Shown here: positions 31,173-31,967 of the stretch, piece after piece
Numbering within the stretch: the stretch's first letter is position 1
How the letters are laid out: every line of letters starts with the position of its first letter
Assembly: GCA_041481895.1 (NCBI GenBank)
Contig: JBGPCQ010000016.1
Coordinates: forward strand, 1-31,967
Origin: Geobacteraceae bacterium
GTDB taxonomy: Bacteria > Desulfobacterota > Desulfuromonadia > Geobacterales > Geobacteraceae
Direction of reading: 5' to 3'
DNA length: 31,967 nt
Notes under the pieces: generated by a model
Seen by the model: only the letters and a program-made list of their open reading frames with translations
Database searches by the model: none
What the model was told of the DNA's origin: nothing
Made by a program: the position numbers and the translations under genes

Positions 31173-31967
31173 TTACTCCTTTTCGTCAGTATAGTACAGG
31201 ACCTCTTCACTTTCTACTCTTTTTCCCGTTCTCTTTTTCATGCAGATAAGAAATTCCCGGTTCCCTTTTTGTCCAAGAAGCGGCGATTCCGTTTCGCCCC
31301 TTACTTCGAGGCCGAGCTTTTCAGCCAGCGTACGGATTGAGCTGGTGACTTCCCGGTGCAGTTTATCATCCCGCACCACCCCGCCTTTTCCCACGAGTCC
31401 CCGCCCCACTTCAAACTGGGGCTTGATGAGGGCGACGATGACACCGCCGTCCTTTATGAGGCGGATGGTACGGGGAAGGACTTTGTCGAGTGAAATGAAA
31501 GAAGCATCGACAACCGCCATATCCGGAGACTCCTCGAGCCGGGCGGGCTCAAGATGCCTGATATTGGTCTTTTCCAGGTTTATCACCCGCTCGTCAGAAC
31601 GAAGTTTCCACGCAAGCTGACCGTACCCCACGTCAACGGCATATACCCTGCGAGCGCCCCGCTGGAGAAGACAATCGGTAAACCCCCCGGTAGATGCCCC
31701 CACATCAAGAACGACAAGCCCAGAGACATCCAGGGCAAATTCGTCCAGAGCTTTCTGAAGTTTCAAGCCGCCTCGGCTGACAAAGGGCAAAATTTCACCT
31801 TTCAGCCGAATTTCCGCATCCACGGGGACCAGTTGGCCGGCCTTGTCCGCCAGATGATCGCTCACAATAACCTGCCCGGCCATAATCAGGGCTCGCGCCC
31901 GCTCGCGCGAGGGAGCCATCCCCCGGTCAAGGATAAGTTTATCAAGTCGTGCTTTTTCCATTTTCAT
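31173..31967 (-). CDS. tlyA: TlyA-family rRNA 2'-O-ribose cytidine methyltransferase (S4 domain + FtsJ-like MTase)
   Basis: RLDKLILDRG...SR..A..LI..G.V is the S4 domain, and VLDVGASTGGFTDCLLQRGA is the SAM-binding motif. The ATG is the last codon of the window, so the true start could lie beyond the edge. Confidence 0.9.
   Translation of the reverse strand: MKMEKARLDKLILDRGMAPSRERARALIMAGQVIVSDHLADKAGQLVPVDAEIRLKGEILPFVSRGGLKLQKALDEFALDVSGLVVLDVGASTGGFTDCLLQRGARRVYAVDVGYGQLAWKLRSDERVINLEKTNIRHLEPARLEESPDMAVVDASFISLDKVLPRTIRLIKDGGVIVALIKPQFEVGRGLVGKGGVVRDDKLHREVTSSIRTLAEKLGLEVRGETESPLLGQKGNREFLICMKKRTGKRVESEEVLYYTDEKE

Overview
This is a 31,967-bp, moderately GC-rich, densely coding window. 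Its gene content and purine-rich REP-like repeats resemble Geobacteraceae/Desulfuromonadales, but that is inference only, since no search was possible. I support 30 protein-coding genes, including one partial gene at the left edge and one 35-aa sORF missing from the ORF track. I also support one M-box riboswitch with its terminator, a few promoters and terminators, and two families of non-coding repeats. I saw no rRNA, tRNA, CRISPR, transposase, integrase or phage genes. Gene order from left to right: ribD'-nrdR-dCMP deaminase (-); mini GGQ/ArfB-like factor (-) divergent from HD hydrolase-rtcB-P-loop/DRTGG-archease (+); acyl-AMP ligase/ACP/PlsC fusion (-); EndoQ-like PHP nuclease (+); MshEN-domain protein (+); S1-domain protein plus Lys-rich sORF (-); exported beta-carbonic anhydrase (-); TPR lipoprotein-SBP-permease-permease-unknown, an ABC importer locus with no ATPase (-); APH/P-loop kinase-small membrane protein-SSF/GAF/PP2C phosphatase-STAS-RsbW-like kinase (+); lgt (-); M-box-TM-less MgtE sensor protein-Nramp-related transporter (+); DUF4124 protein-HIT-tlyA (-). 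The best candidates for something undescribed, in my order, are these. (1) A ~180-nt structured repeat present three times; two copies end exactly 25 nt before a start codon, and the family shows compensatory stem changes and mutually exclusive helices. (2) The M-box-controlled pair of a membrane-domain-less MgtE cytoplasmic sensor and an NRMT-type Nramp. (3) The translationally coupled kinase/transceptor/partner-switching operon that lacks any sigma factor. (4) The GGQ factor + HD + RtcB + P-loop/DRTGG + archease neighbourhood. All functional assignments come from motif recognition by eye, not from database searches.
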